Made by a program: the position numbers and the translations under genes. Shown piece by piece: positions 21,009 to 31,103 of a stretch of 64,000 nucleotides of DNA (the stretch's first letter is position 1; the number at the start of each line of letters is the position of its first letter). Origin of the DNA: Alphaproteobacteria bacterium. Its GTDB lineage: Bacteria; Pseudomonadota; Alphaproteobacteria; UBA828. The notes beneath the pieces were generated by a model, which ran no database searches, was not told the origin of the DNA, and saw nothing but the letters and a program-made list of their open reading frames with translations. The stretch is taken from NCBI GenBank assembly GCA_963422645.2, contig CAXXVO010000015.1:64001-128000 (forward strand), given 5' to 3'.

Positions 21009-22076
21009 GTGAGCGACGAGATCATCTTGGAACGCAAGGGCCGGGTCGGCAGCGTCACGCTGAACCGGCCGAAGGCGCTCAACGCGCTGACCCAACCCAT
21101 GGTCCTGGACCTGGACGCGAGGCTGAAGGAATGGGCGGAGGACGCGTCCATCTCCGCCGTGGTCGTGCGCGGCGCGGCGCGGGACGACGGGCGCGTGCCC
21201 TTCTGCGCCGGCGGTGATATCCGCCTTCTCTACGGCGAGCAGGACGATCCCGAGCGCCACTTCGCCACCGTCTTCTATGCCCAGGAATACCGCCTCAACA
21301 CCTTCGTCTTCCGATACCCCAAGCCCTATGTCGCGTTGATAGACGGCGTCGTCATGGGCGGTGGCGTCGGACTCTCGATCCATGGCTCGCACCGCGTGAT
21401 GACCGAGCGCGCGCTCTTCGCCATGCCGGAGACGGGGATCGGACTCTTCCCCGATGTCGGCGCCACGTACTTTCTGCCCAGGCTCACGGGCAAGGCCGGG
21501 CTCTATCTCGGCCTCACGGGCGCGCGCATCGGCGCCGCCGACTCGCTCTATCTCGGGCTTGCCAGCCACGTTGTGGCGAGCGACGCGCTGCAGGCGCTGG
21601 ACGAGACCCTGCTGGCGATGGACCTCGGCGGCGACGCGCACGCGGCGATCGACCGGCTGCTTGCGGAGAGCGCCGCAGACCTCGGCCCGGCTCCTCTCGC
21701 CGCTCACCAGGCGGCGATCGACCGCTGCTTCGATGCTGGCTCCTTGGAGGAGATCGTCTCCAACCTCGAGGCCGAGGGCTCGGACTGGGCGGCGGAGACT
21801 CTCGCGACGCTCGCCCAAAAATCGCCGACCAGCCTCAAGGTCACTTACAAGCAGCTCACAGAGTACGGCGAGCGGGACTTCGAGGAGGCCATGGCGCTGG
21901 AGTACCGGCTCGCCATGCACTGCAACCTGGGGGTCGATTTCTTCGAGGGCATCCGCGCCCAGATCGTCGACAAGGACCGCAACCCGGCCTGGCGCCCGGC
22001 GCGGCTGGAGGATGTGACGGCGGCGGCGGTCGATGCCTACTTCAAGGAGCCGCCCAAGGGCGATATGACGTGGTGA
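21009..22076 (+). CDS. 3-hydroxyisobutyryl-CoA hydrolase (crotonase family)
   Basis: Motifs LNRPKALNAL, FCAGGDI, MGGGVG and AMPETGIGLFPDVG. Confidence 0.9.
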   Translation: MSDEIILERKGRVGSVTLNRPKALNALTQPMVLDLDARLKEWAEDASISAVVVRGAARDDGRVPFCAGGDIRLLYGEQDDPERHFATVFYAQEYRLNTFVFRYPKPYVALIDGVVMGGGVGLSIHGSHRVMTERALFAMPETGIGLFPDVGATYFLPRLTGKAGLYLGLTGARIGAADSLYLGLASHVVASDALQALDETLLAMDLGGDAHAAIDRLLAESAADLGPAPLAAHQAAIDRCFDAGSLEEIVSNLEAEGSDWAAETLATLAQKSPTSLKVTYKQLTEYGERDFEEAMALEYRLAMHCNLGVDFFEGIRAQIVDKDRNPAWRPARLEDVTAAAVDAYFKEPPKGDMTW

Positions 22077-22129
22077 CGGGCCGAAAGCGGTGCGGCTGAC
22101 GGCAAGCGACAGGCGAGGGAGATTCCGAC

Positions 22130-23020
22130 ATGGCTGACATCGGGTTCATCGGGCTCGGCAACATGGGAGGGCCGATGGCCGCCAATCTGGCGAAGGCCGG
22201 CCACGCCGTCACCGCCTTCGACATCAGCGCGGAGGCGATAGAGAGCGCGCGCGAGGCGGGCGCCTCAACGGCAGACACGGTGGCAGAGACGGCGGCCGGG
22301 CGCGAGGTGGTCGTCACCATGCTGCCCGCCGGCGCGGAGGTGTCCGAGGTCTATCGCGGCGAGGGCGGAGTCCTCTCGGCCGCTGCGCCGGGCACGCTCC
22401 TCATCGACTGCTCGACCATCGACGTCGATACCGCCCGCGCGGTCGCGGCGACGGCGGCGGAGGGCGGCTGGCCGTTGCTGGATGCGCCGGTCTCGGGCGG
22501 TGTCGCCGGTGCGGCGGCGGGCACCCTCACCTTCATGGTGGGCGGCGAGGCCGAGGCGGTCGAGCGCGGGCGGACAGTGCTGGGCGACATGGGCAAGGCC
22601 GTGATCCACGCCGGCGCCTCGGGCGCGGGCCAGACCGCGAAAGTGTGCAACAACCTGATCCTCGCGGTCTCGATGATCGGGGTCTGCGAAGCCTTCGGGA
22701 TGGCCGACCGGCTCGGGCTCGAGCGTCAAACCCTCTTCGATATCGTCTCGAAGGCGACGGGCCAGTGCTGGGCGCTCACCTCCTACTGCCCGGTGCCGGG
22801 GCCGGTGCCGAACGCGCCGTCCAACCGCGACTACGCGCCTGGGTTCACCGCCGCCATGATGCTGAAGGACCTGCGCTTGGCCCAGGCTGCTGCGGCCTCG
22901 GCCGGTGCGGCCTCGCCGCTCGGCGCGGAGGCTGCGGCGCTCTACACGCTCTTCTGCAACGCCGGCTTCGGAGCGGACGATTTTTCCGGCATCATGAAGA
23001 TGATCGGTCAGGGAGACTGA
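22130..23020 (+). CDS. mmsB: 3-hydroxyisobutyrate dehydrogenase
   Basis: Motifs GLGNMGGPMA, DAPVSGG, KVCNN and YCPVPGPVP. Confidence 0.93.
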   Translation: MADIGFIGLGNMGGPMAANLAKAGHAVTAFDISAEAIESAREAGASTADTVAETAAGREVVVTMLPAGAEVSEVYRGEGGVLSAAAPGTLLIDCSTIDVDTARAVAATAAEGGWPLLDAPVSGGVAGAAAGTLTFMVGGEAEAVERGRTVLGDMGKAVIHAGASGAGQTAKVCNNLILAVSMIGVCEAFGMADRLGLERQTLFDIVSKATGQCWALTSYCPVPGPVPNAPSNRDYAPGFTAAMMLKDLRLAQAAAASAGAASPLGAEAAALYTLFCNAGFGADDFSGIMKMIGQGD

Positions 23021-23038
23021 CGCTCCCCGCAGCGCACC

Positions 23039-23875
23039 CTACAGAATTTCCAAGGGCGCCCCGCCCTCGGATGGTGGGAAGTCCTTGTCCAGGGCCGCAA
23101 GCTCGTCATCGCTGAGCACGATGTCGAGCGCACCCAGGTTGGCATCGACGTGGGCGATGCGGCTCGCCTTGGGCACGACGAACACGTCCTCGTGGCGGAG
23201 CACCCAGGCGAGCGCCACCTGCATCGTCGTCACGCCGCGGGCGGCGGCGATGGCGCCGAGCGCACCGCCCGCCGGCAGCCTGCCCTGCTCCAGCGGCGAA
23301 TAGATCATGAGCGGCTGCCCGTTGCGCCGGGACCACGGCATCAGCGATGCCTCGGGCCAGCGCCGCGTCAGGTTGTAGAGGATCTGGTTGGTCTGGCAGC
23401 CCTGGCCCTCCGGGGTCTCCCACAGCTCTTCCATGTCGTCGGTGTCGAAGTTGCTGACCCCGAAGCGGCGGATCTTGCCGGCCTCCTGCAGCGCGAGAAA
23501 GCCTTCGATGGTCTCGTCGAGGGAGACGCCGCTGCGCCAGTGCAACAGGTAGAGGTCGAGATAATCGGTGCCGAGGCACTTCAGGCTCTTCTCGCAGGCA
23601 CGCTTCATGCGCTTGCGCCCGGCGTTCGAGGGCAGGACCTTGCTCACCACGTAGACCTTATCGCGCTGCCCGCGGATCGCCTCGCCCACCACCCGCTCCG
23701 AGCCGCCGGAGCCGTACATCTCCGCCGTGTCGATGAGCGTCATGCCGCAGGCGATGCCGTGCTGGAGCGCCGCCACCTCGTCCTTGCGCGCCCCTCGGCG
23801 TTCACCCATGCGCCACGTGCCCTGACCGAGGGCCGCCACCTCGTCGCCGCCCGGTAGTCTCACCGTCCGCATCAT
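23039..23875 (-). CDS. Aldo/keto reductase
   Basis: Motifs LGQGTW, IDTAEMY, LDLYLLHW and GVSNF. Confidence 0.93.
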   Translation of the reverse strand: MMRTVRLPGGDEVAALGQGTWRMGERRGARKDEVAALQHGIACGMTLIDTAEMYGSGGSERVVGEAIRGQRDKVYVVSKVLPSNAGRKRMKRACEKSLKCLGTDYLDLYLLHWRSGVSLDETIEGFLALQEAGKIRRFGVSNFDTDDMEELWETPEGQGCQTNQILYNLTRRWPEASLMPWSRRNGQPLMIYSPLEQGRLPAGGALGAIAAARGVTTMQVALAWVLRHEDVFVVPKASRIAHVDANLGALDIVLSDDELAALDKDFPPSEGGAPLEIL

Positions 23876-23975
23876 CGCGCTCTCCCTGCCCGCACGGCCG
23901 CGAACTTAGCACGGGCTTCCGGGGCCGCGCCTGCCGGGTTAGGTTGTGACTCGAACTCGCACCCCGGAGACCGCC

Positions 23976-25997
23976 ATGACAGGCGAGAAGGAAGTCCTCA
24001 AGACCACGTGTCCGCGCGATTGCTACGACGCCTGCGGCATCGTCGCGATCAAGCGCGACGGCGCGATCACCCGCGTGCTTGGCGACCCGGACCACCCGGT
24101 GAGCCGGGGCGCGCTCTGCGGCAAGTGCGCGCTCGCCTACAACGGCGTCTTCCGCGATCCCGAGGTACGGCTGCAGACGCCGCTCAAGCGCACCGGCGCC
24201 AAGGGCGAAGGACGCTTCGAGCCGGTCTCCTGGGACGAGGCCATCGGGGACATCGCCGCGCGCTTCAAGGCGGTCGCAGACGGCGACGGCGCGGACCGGA
24301 TCGTGCACGCGCACTACACCGGCACCTGCTCGCTGATCGCCAACAACTTCCCGATGCGCTTCCTGGGCCGTCTCGGCGCCCGCGAGGTGGAGCCTGACAC
24401 GGTCTGCAACATGGCCGGTCACGTCGCACTCGACTACGTGATCGGCACCTCGGTGATCGGCTTCGACCCGCGTACCGCCAAGGACTCCAACTGCATCGTC
24501 GTTTGGGGCGCCAACCCCTCCGCCTCCGGGCCGCACCAGCACAAGCACTGGCTGAAGGAGGCGCCGGGCACGGTGATCGTGATCGACCCGGTGCGCCACC
24601 CGACCGCCGAGCAGGCCGACATGCACCTGCAGCCCTTCCCCGGCAGCGATGCGGCGCTGGCCTTCGCCATGGTCCACGTGCTGGTCCGCGACGGGCTGAT
24701 CGACCGCGCCTTCCTCGATGCCCACGCACTCGGCTGGGACGAGCTGGAGCCCGCCATCGCCCCCTGCACGCCGGCCTGGGGCGAGGCCCGCACCGGCGTA
24801 CCGGCGGCGCAGATCGAGGAAGCGGCGCGGATCTACGGTGCAGGGCCGGCGCTGCTCTGGCTCGGCCAGGGGCTGCAACGCCAGGCGATGGGCGGCAACG
24901 TGATACGCGCCTGCGCGCTGCTGCCGGCAGTCACCGGCAACTACGGCAAGCCCGGCGCGGGCATGCTCTACCTCAACGGCGGCGGACGCAAAGGCGTCGA
25001 CGGCGACTATTTGAGCGGCGCGGCAATAAGCCAGAGCCCGCCGAGCTTCAGCCAGATGGAGCTCGCGGCGCGGCTCGAAGATCCGGCGGACATCCAGGCC
25101 TTCCTCTGCTGGAACATCAACCCGGCCGCCTCCAGCCCGGAGCAGGCGCGGCTGCGGCGCGCGCTAAAGCGTGAGGACCTCTTCACCGTGGTTTTGGACA
25201 TCTTCCAGACCGACACCGCCGACTATGCCGACTACCTGCTGCCGGCGGCGTCGTTCCTGGAGTTCGACGATCTGGTCTCGGGCTACTTCAACCTCTCATT
25301 CTCCGCCCAGGCCAAGCTGCAGGAGCCGCTGGGCGAGTCCCTCCCCAACCAGGAGATCTTCCGCCGCCTCTCACGCGCCATGGGCTTCGCGGAACCCGAG
25401 CTCTACGAGGACGACGCGACGATCATCGAGCGGATCATGGGTCAGGTGGGTGTCGAGGGCTCCTTCGACGAGTTCAAGAAGACCGGCACGGTTTATCCCA
25501 CCACCCAGCCGATCATCCAGTTCCCCGACCTCGCCTTCCCGACCCCGAGCGGCAAGATCGAGATCGCCTCGGCCCGCGCCGAGGCCGACGGCCACCCCCG
25601 CCTGCCGCTCGCCGACGCCGACCCGAAGCCGGCGAAGGGCCGGCTGCGCCTGCTGACGCCGGCCTCGCCCTGGCTGATGAACGATTCCTACGCCAACGAT
25701 CAGCGCATCGCCGAGCGCATGGGCGAGGCGGCCGTGACTCTGCACCCCGAGGACGCGGCGGCACGCGGCTTGACCGAAGGGCAGCAGGTGCGGCTCAGCA
25801 ACGAGACCGGCAGCCTGGAGCTTGCGCTGGCGGTCGCCGAGACTATCCCGCAAGGTGTCGCGCTCAGCCCCAAGGGCCGCTGGCCGCGCCAGGAGGGCAC
25901 GCGCGCCAACGTCAATGTCCTCAACCCCGGCATCAAGACGGACATGGGCGAGAGCACCAGCGTTCACGGCGTCGAGGTCGAGATCGCCGCCGTCTGA
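23976..25997 (+). CDS. Molybdopterin-dependent oxidoreductase
   Basis: N-terminal CPRDCYDAC...C [4Fe-4S] motif, SWDEA, WGANP and C-terminal Mo-binding domain. Confidence 0.92.
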   Translation: MTGEKEVLKTTCPRDCYDACGIVAIKRDGAITRVLGDPDHPVSRGALCGKCALAYNGVFRDPEVRLQTPLKRTGAKGEGRFEPVSWDEAIGDIAARFKAVADGDGADRIVHAHYTGTCSLIANNFPMRFLGRLGAREVEPDTVCNMAGHVALDYVIGTSVIGFDPRTAKDSNCIVVWGANPSASGPHQHKHWLKEAPGTVIVIDPVRHPTAEQADMHLQPFPGSDAALAFAMVHVLVRDGLIDRAFLDAHALGWDELEPAIAPCTPAWGEARTGVPAAQIEEAARIYGAGPALLWLGQGLQRQAMGGNVIRACALLPAVTGNYGKPGAGMLYLNGGGRKGVDGDYLSGAAISQSPPSFSQMELAARLEDPADIQAFLCWNINPAASSPEQARLRRALKREDLFTVVLDIFQTDTADYADYLLPAASFLEFDDLVSGYFNLSFSAQAKLQEPLGESLPNQEIFRRLSRAMGFAEPELYEDDATIIERIMGQVGVEGSFDEFKKTGTVYPTTQPIIQFPDLAFPTPSGKIEIASARAEADGHPRLPLADADPKPAKGRLRLLTPASPWLMNDSYANDQRIAERMGEAAVTLHPEDAAARGLTEGQQVRLSNETGSLELALAVAETIPQGVALSPKGRWPRQEGTRANVNVLNPGIKTDMGESTSVHGVEVEIAAV

Positions 25998-26099
25998 AGC
26001 CTTGGCGCAACGCAACTGAACCACACCGGTGTTGCCGGCGGCGCACTTCGGTCTAAGCTGTCTCCGCCGCAACACCCCCAAGCCCGAGAGAACACCGCC

Positions 26100-26915
26100 A
26101 TGTCTGGAGCCGTCCACGCGCAGATCAACTACATCCTTCCCACGGACGAGAAGCCGGTTACCTACCTGACCAATCCGGGCAGCAAGCCGGCACAACGCAA
26201 CGCCGAGTACCGCGAGGTCGAGGTCACGATCCGCGACGCCCGGCCGACCGCGAACGCCCTTGATCTGGAGCGCGAGGGCTTCACCTTCAGCACCGAGGGA
26301 AGTGCGGTCTCGGATTTCTACGACAACGACGAGATCGAGGCGGTCTACAGCCCGGAGGTGGAGCGTCTGGTGAAGCAGGCGAGCGGCGCGGCGGAAGTAC
26401 TGGTCTTCGACCACACCATCCGCGTCGCCGACGACTCGCTGCGGAGCGAGCGCAAGGTGCGCGAGCCCGTCCACGTGGCGCACAACGACTACACCCCCCG
26501 CTCGGCACCGCAGCGGGTGCGCGACCTGCTGCCGGCGGACCGCGCCGAGGCGCTTCTGCAGCACCGCTTCGCCGTGGTGCAGATGTGGCGGCCGATTGCG
26601 GGTCCGGTGCAGGACATGCCGCTCGCGATCTGCGACGCCCAGAGCATCGACGAGCGGGACTTCATGCTGACCGATCTGGTCTACACCCACCGCGTTGGCG
26701 AGGTGATGCAGCTCTCCCACAATCCAGGCCATCGCTGGTTCTACTTTCCCGAGATGGCCACCGGTGAGGCGCTGATCTTCAAGACTTTCGATTCGCTCGC
26801 CGATGGCCGGGCGCGCTTCACCGCCCACACGGCCTTCGCCAATCCCAACGCGCCGGCGGACGCGCGCCCGCGCCAGAGCATCGAATCCCGCACCCTCGCC
26901 TTCTTCGCACCCTGA
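26100..26915 (+). CDS. CmcJ/NvfI-family oxidoreductase
   Basis: Motifs VFDHTIR, HNDYT, WRPI..P..D.PLAICD, HTAF and RQSIESR. Confidence 0.82.
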   Translation: MSGAVHAQINYILPTDEKPVTYLTNPGSKPAQRNAEYREVEVTIRDARPTANALDLEREGFTFSTEGSAVSDFYDNDEIEAVYSPEVERLVKQASGAAEVLVFDHTIRVADDSLRSERKVREPVHVAHNDYTPRSAPQRVRDLLPADRAEALLQHRFAVVQMWRPIAGPVQDMPLAICDAQSIDERDFMLTDLVYTHRVGEVMQLSHNPGHRWFYFPEMATGEALIFKTFDSLADGRARFTAHTAFANPNAPADARPRQSIESRTLAFFAP

Positions 26916-26966
26916 GGATGGCGCACCCCGAGAGTGGCACACCCCGTGGGTGGCACACCGACAGAA

Positions 26967-28448
26967 ATGACGGAGGCGGACAGCACCCTCGCTGACGGCA
27001 GCAACCGGCCGGTCTTCTCGGTCGGTGAGCTCTCGCAGGCGCTTAAGCGCGTGGTCGAGGGCGAGTTCGCCTGGGTCAGCGTGCGGGGCGAGGTCTCCGG
27101 TTTCAAGCGGGCCGCGTCGGGCCACCTCTATTTCTCGCTCAAGGACTCGGACGCGGTGCTCGACGCTGTCTGCTGGCGCGGCGTTGCCGGCAGGCTCGGG
27201 ATCGCGCCGGAGGACGGGCTCGAGGTCGTCGCCACCGGCAAGCTCAGCACCTACCCGGGCCGCTCGCGCTACCAGATCGTGGTCGAGCGGCTGGAGCTGT
27301 CGGGTGCCGGCGCCCTGCTCGCGCTGCTGGAGGCGCGCAAGAAGGCGCTCGCCGAAGAAGGCCTGTTCGACGAGGCGCGCAAGCGCGCGCTGCCCTACCT
27401 GCCGGAGACGGTGGGCGTCGTGACCTCACCCACGGGCGCCGTGATCCGCGACATCCTGCACCGTATCGAAGACCGCTTCCCGCGCCGGGTGCTGGTCTGG
27501 CCGGTCAAGGTCCAAGGCACCGGCGCGGCAGAGGAGGTCGCCGCTGCCATCGCGGGCTTTAGCCGCCTCGACGCGGGCGGGCCGATACTGCGGCCCGATG
27601 TGCTGATCGTCGCGCGCGGCGGCGGCAGCCTGGAGGACCTCTGGGCCTTCAACGAGGAGGTCGTGGTGCGCGCCGCAGCCGCGAGCGAAATCCCGCTGAT
27701 ATCCGCCGTGGGACACGAGACCGACGTGACCCTGATCGACCTCGCCGCGGACCGCCGGGCGCCGACGCCCACCGCCGCCGCCGAGATGGCCGTGCCGGTG
27801 CGCGCCGACCTGCTGGAGCGCACGCAGTCTCTGGAACATCGGCTGGGCGCGTCGCTCCGCCGGCAGATCGCAGAGCGGCGCACGCGGATCGACGGGCTCG
27901 GGCGCGGTCTGCCGGCGGCGCGGGACCGGCTCACGACTGCGGGCCAACGGCTCGACGACTGGTCGGAACGGCTCGCCCGTGGCGCGCGCGGCCGGCTCGC
28001 GGCGGAACGCCAGGCCGTGGACCGGCTCAGGCCGCTCAGGCCGCGCCAGCTCCTCGCGCTCAAGCGCCAGCAGCTCGCACATGCCGCCGGGCGCCTCGTG
28101 GCCGACCGCCCCACCGGGCGCATCGCCCAGGCTCGCCAGGCGAGCGAGATGCTGGCGGAACGGCTCGCCCGCGCCGGTCGGGCGGCGTTGAGCGAGCGGG
28201 CGGCGCGGATCGAGACTGCGGCGCGCCTGCTCGAAGGCTATTCCTACCGGGGCGTGCTCGCGCGCGGCTTCGCGGTGGTGCGCGACCAGCGCGAGCGCCC
28301 GCTCACCAGCGCTGCGACGGTGAAGTCCGGCGCCGTGCTCTCCCTCGAGTTCCAAGACGGCCGCGCCGCCGCCCGCGCCGCCGGCAGACCCAGGCCCCGC
28401 AAGTCTAAGTCAGGGAACGACGAAGGCGGGCAGGCTTCGCTGCTATAG
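26967..28448 (+). CDS. xseA: Exodeoxyribonuclease VII large subunit
   Basis: Motifs [32 protein letters not shown] and APTPTAAAE. Confidence 0.96.
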   Translation: MTEADSTLADGSNRPVFSVGELSQALKRVVEGEFAWVSVRGEVSGFKRAASGHLYFSLKDSDAVLDAVCWRGVAGRLGIAPEDGLEVVATGKLSTYPGRSRYQIVVERLELSGAGALLALLEARKKALAEEGLFDEARKRALPYLPETVGVVTSPTGAVIRDILHRIEDRFPRRVLVWPVKVQGTGAAEEVAAAIAGFSRLDAGGPILRPDVLIVARGGGSLEDLWAFNEEVVVRAAAASEIPLISAVGHETDVTLIDLAADRRAPTPTAAAEMAVPVRADLLERTQSLEHRLGASLRRQIAERRTRIDGLGRGLPAARDRLTTAGQRLDDWSERLARGARGRLAAERQAVDRLRPLRPRQLLALKRQQLAHAAGRLVADRPTGRIAQARQASEMLAERLARAGRAALSERAARIETAARLLEGYSYRGVLARGFAVVRDQRERPLTSAATVKSGAVLSLEFQDGRAAARAAGRPRPRKSKSGNDEGGQASLL

Positions 28449-28584
28449 CCCTGGAAAGGCCCCCAACCTCGACACGCCTCCCCACGCAGTCGGATTAGTT
28501 TCGTCGGCTTGGGGAGTGCGTGGACACGCGGGGATCAAACATCGGCCAGGGTGTCCAAGTATGCACGTTCGGTCCGTCAAGGTC

Positions 28585-29541
28585 TTATCGTAGAATCTGT
28601 TCGGCAAACTCAGGGCTTGTCTCGGCTATCGCGTCCTCCAGCGAGCGTTGAGGAAAGCTCTCAGCAACGGCACAATCGCGTTCGGCCTTCAGCCGGAGTT
28701 TAGTGTTCAGCCGCGAAGCAATTCCTCTGATGATTCCGCATCGCCGCTGAATTCGTGAGCGGAACACAGGCAGAGGCAGGATCTCGGAGGCCTCGAACTC
28801 CAACTGCTTTCTTTGAAAGCGGCTCTCGGGATATTTTTCGAGGTCATAGTTGGCGAATCCAGCAGCGTCTCTTAGGTACTTCATGTGCCAATAAAGAAAT
28901 CCCGCGAACTTGCGCGGGATGCCGCCACGGTCGAAGCGTTCGAAGCGGGAGTCATGACGAAACCGGGTAGCCCGGGTGGGTGTGAAAAAGCCGATGTCGC
29001 CGCTGCCAGAAATCGGGTCTGCCATGGGAATTCCAAGGCTGCCATCGGCCATGTGCGCAAGATTAAGGCCTGAGAAACACCAGATTGCCGTCAGCCTACA
29101 ATCGCGGGCACGGATCCGTCGGCACATCTCTTCGAGCGGGGCATCCAGTGCGATATGATCGTCGTCCAGCTTGGTGACTGCGCTGTACCGGGTCTGCGCC
29201 AAGGCAAAGTTCGAGTAGTGGACGAGCGAATGCGGCGAATCGGCAGGCTCGGAGGCGTGCTTGGGACTTCCGGGCGGGAAGACTTCGGGGCGGTAATCGA
29301 AGACCCGCAGTGATTTACGGTATTCCACCGCCAACCGGGCAAGGATGTCGGGAGTAGCGTCAGTGCAACCATTGAAGACGGCGACGATCTCGTCGAAGCG
29401 GTGGATGTGGCTGCGTATCGCGGGTTCGATATAGTCGGCCCCGTTCTTGACACGCAAGAACGCGCTGATCCCTGCTGGCCGCGATGGATCGCCAATCCGC
29501 CCAAGCTGAATTTGTGGATTCTCTACAATGTTGATGGTCAT
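28585..29541 (-). CDS. GT-A fold glycosyltransferase (GT2/CgtA-like)
   Basis: Motifs ISAFLRVKN, FNGCTDAT and DxD-type KLDDDH. Confidence 0.75.
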   Translation of the reverse strand: MTINIVENPQIQLGRIGDPSRPAGISAFLRVKNGADYIEPAIRSHIHRFDEIVAVFNGCTDATPDILARLAVEYRKSLRVFDYRPEVFPPGSPKHASEPADSPHSLVHYSNFALAQTRYSAVTKLDDDHIALDAPLEEMCRRIRARDCRLTAIWCFSGLNLAHMADGSLGIPMADPISGSGDIGFFTPTRATRFRHDSRFERFDRGGIPRKFAGFLYWHMKYLRDAAGFANYDLEKYPESRFQRKQLEFEASEILPLPVFRSRIQRRCGIIRGIASRLNTKLRLKAERDCAVAESFPQRSLEDAIAETSPEFAEQILR

Positions 29542-30674
29542 GGCCCGACCCTCCAGAAGCCGTATCCATCCGGTCCGGCCAGCCGTTCAGCGATACTTGC
29601 GGCCGACTCGTCCCCGTCGATTGCGGGGAAATAGACCAAGGAAAGGTAGCTCATGAAGGCGTCGCGGGCGTCTTCATCAAAACTAAGAACCTCGGCCTCG
29701 GCAAGGACATCCTTGAGGTTGTCTAGGTCAGGCGCTGATGTGGTGATTCCGGGGATGGCCCAGTATGTCTGTCCGCAAACCACCACCGGTTTGTCGAAAT
29801 AGAGCGCCTGGATTCCAACCGACGAATTGACCGTGACCACCCCGCGCGACGCGGCGACTTGCGCGAAAGTGTCGGTGTCATTGTCCAGCCAGATCCGGGA
29901 CGTGCTGGCTGCGCGGATCGCTTCGACAACCGAGACCTGGGTCGAGGGGTGTTCCTTGAGCCGTAGATGCCAGCCTTCGGGCAATGAACTGGCTGCCGAC
30001 GCAAGGGATGAAACAAAGTCATCGACGCTCTTGAACTCGCCTCCAAATAACCGGAGTTGGGCGTCATTGGGAACCTGCAACGGTACGAAAAGAAATGGCT
30101 CATCCAAGGGCGGCAATCCGTCATCGCTGACCCGTAGCCGGGAGACGGTGCGCTGCCGGATGTCGCTCTGCGCCTTACGCCATGCCTTTCGATCGGGTGC
30201 ATGTTTGTCGGCCCATGCCAGATAGGGCTCGAGCGTCCGGGGCAACGAACAGAGCGCATTGACCCCGCGCGGGTCGACTGTAATCCGCCCGGGTAGCGGC
30301 GCGAGTTCGAGGTATAGCCGTTGCGCACCAGCGGCTCGCGCACCTTCCATGAAAGCCATGCGCCCTCCGTCGCTGCCGCCCCAAGCCACGGCGACGGCCG
30401 ACCCGCGGCGCTGGAACAGCCGTCGTGCGCCAGCGTATTGCGCCCGGAGGTGCCATAGCTTGAATGTTCGCATCAACCAGCTAGACGGCCGGTTTGGCGC
30501 GTTGGCCAACGCTCTTTCGGCAACCGCGCGCGCTTCTTCATACCGGCGCAGACTTATCGGGCGCAGCAGGATCCAGCCAACCCTGCCTTCCCGGCCCAGC
30601 ACGCGCTCGATCGCCCGCCGCTGCGAAAGGTCACGGCTCAAGCACAGGAACTCGAATGGCGCAGTCTTGGTCAT
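29538..30674 (-). CDS. Capsule polysaccharide biosynthesis/export protein (KpsS/LipB-like)
   Basis: Motifs DPRGVN, FVPLQVPND, KEHP and TVNSSVG. Confidence 0.85.
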   Translation of the reverse strand: MTKTAPFEFLCLSRDLSQRRAIERVLGREGRVGWILLRPISLRRYEEARAVAERALANAPNRPSSWLMRTFKLWHLRAQYAGARRLFQRRGSAVAVAWGGSDGGRMAFMEGARAAGAQRLYLELAPLPGRITVDPRGVNALCSLPRTLEPYLAWADKHAPDRKAWRKAQSDIRQRTVSRLRVSDDGLPPLDEPFLFVPLQVPNDAQLRLFGGEFKSVDDFVSSLASAASSLPEGWHLRLKEHPSTQVSVVEAIRAASTSRIWLDNDTDTFAQVAASRGVVTVNSSVGIQALYFDKPVVVCGQTYWAIPGITTSAPDLDNLKDVLAEAEVLSFDEDARDAFMSYLSLVYFPAIDGDESAASIAERLAGPDGYGFWRVGP

Positions 30675-31103
30675 CTTGAGTTACTAGGGCATAGCAGGAA
30701 GTCGGAGGCCCGGCGGCTAATGGCAAGTATGGGGGTTGGCAACCCGGCTTCCGGTGTCGAGTGGACGCGGCGGACCCTACATTCTAACGCGACGGCACAC
30801 TTGCCATATGACATTGCATACACCCGCACGCATGAAGCGTTTTTGTAACTACCCAGGTACCCCAATCCTGAGTTGAGGACGGTGATTATGGCGGCGGCCG
30901 CGGTCTGGTTCTGCCACCGCGATTGGTTCTTGACCTCATAGAGTTGCGGGACTATGGACTGCTCTATCGCGTGACGGGAGCGGTCCATGGGGTATTTCGG
31001 CTCGAAGGCGACAGCAGGTCTGTGCCAAGCGCTGATTGCGCTGATGCCGCCGCACTCCGTCTACATCGAAAGCCACCTTCAGAACTCCTGACATGGTGCA
31101 ATT

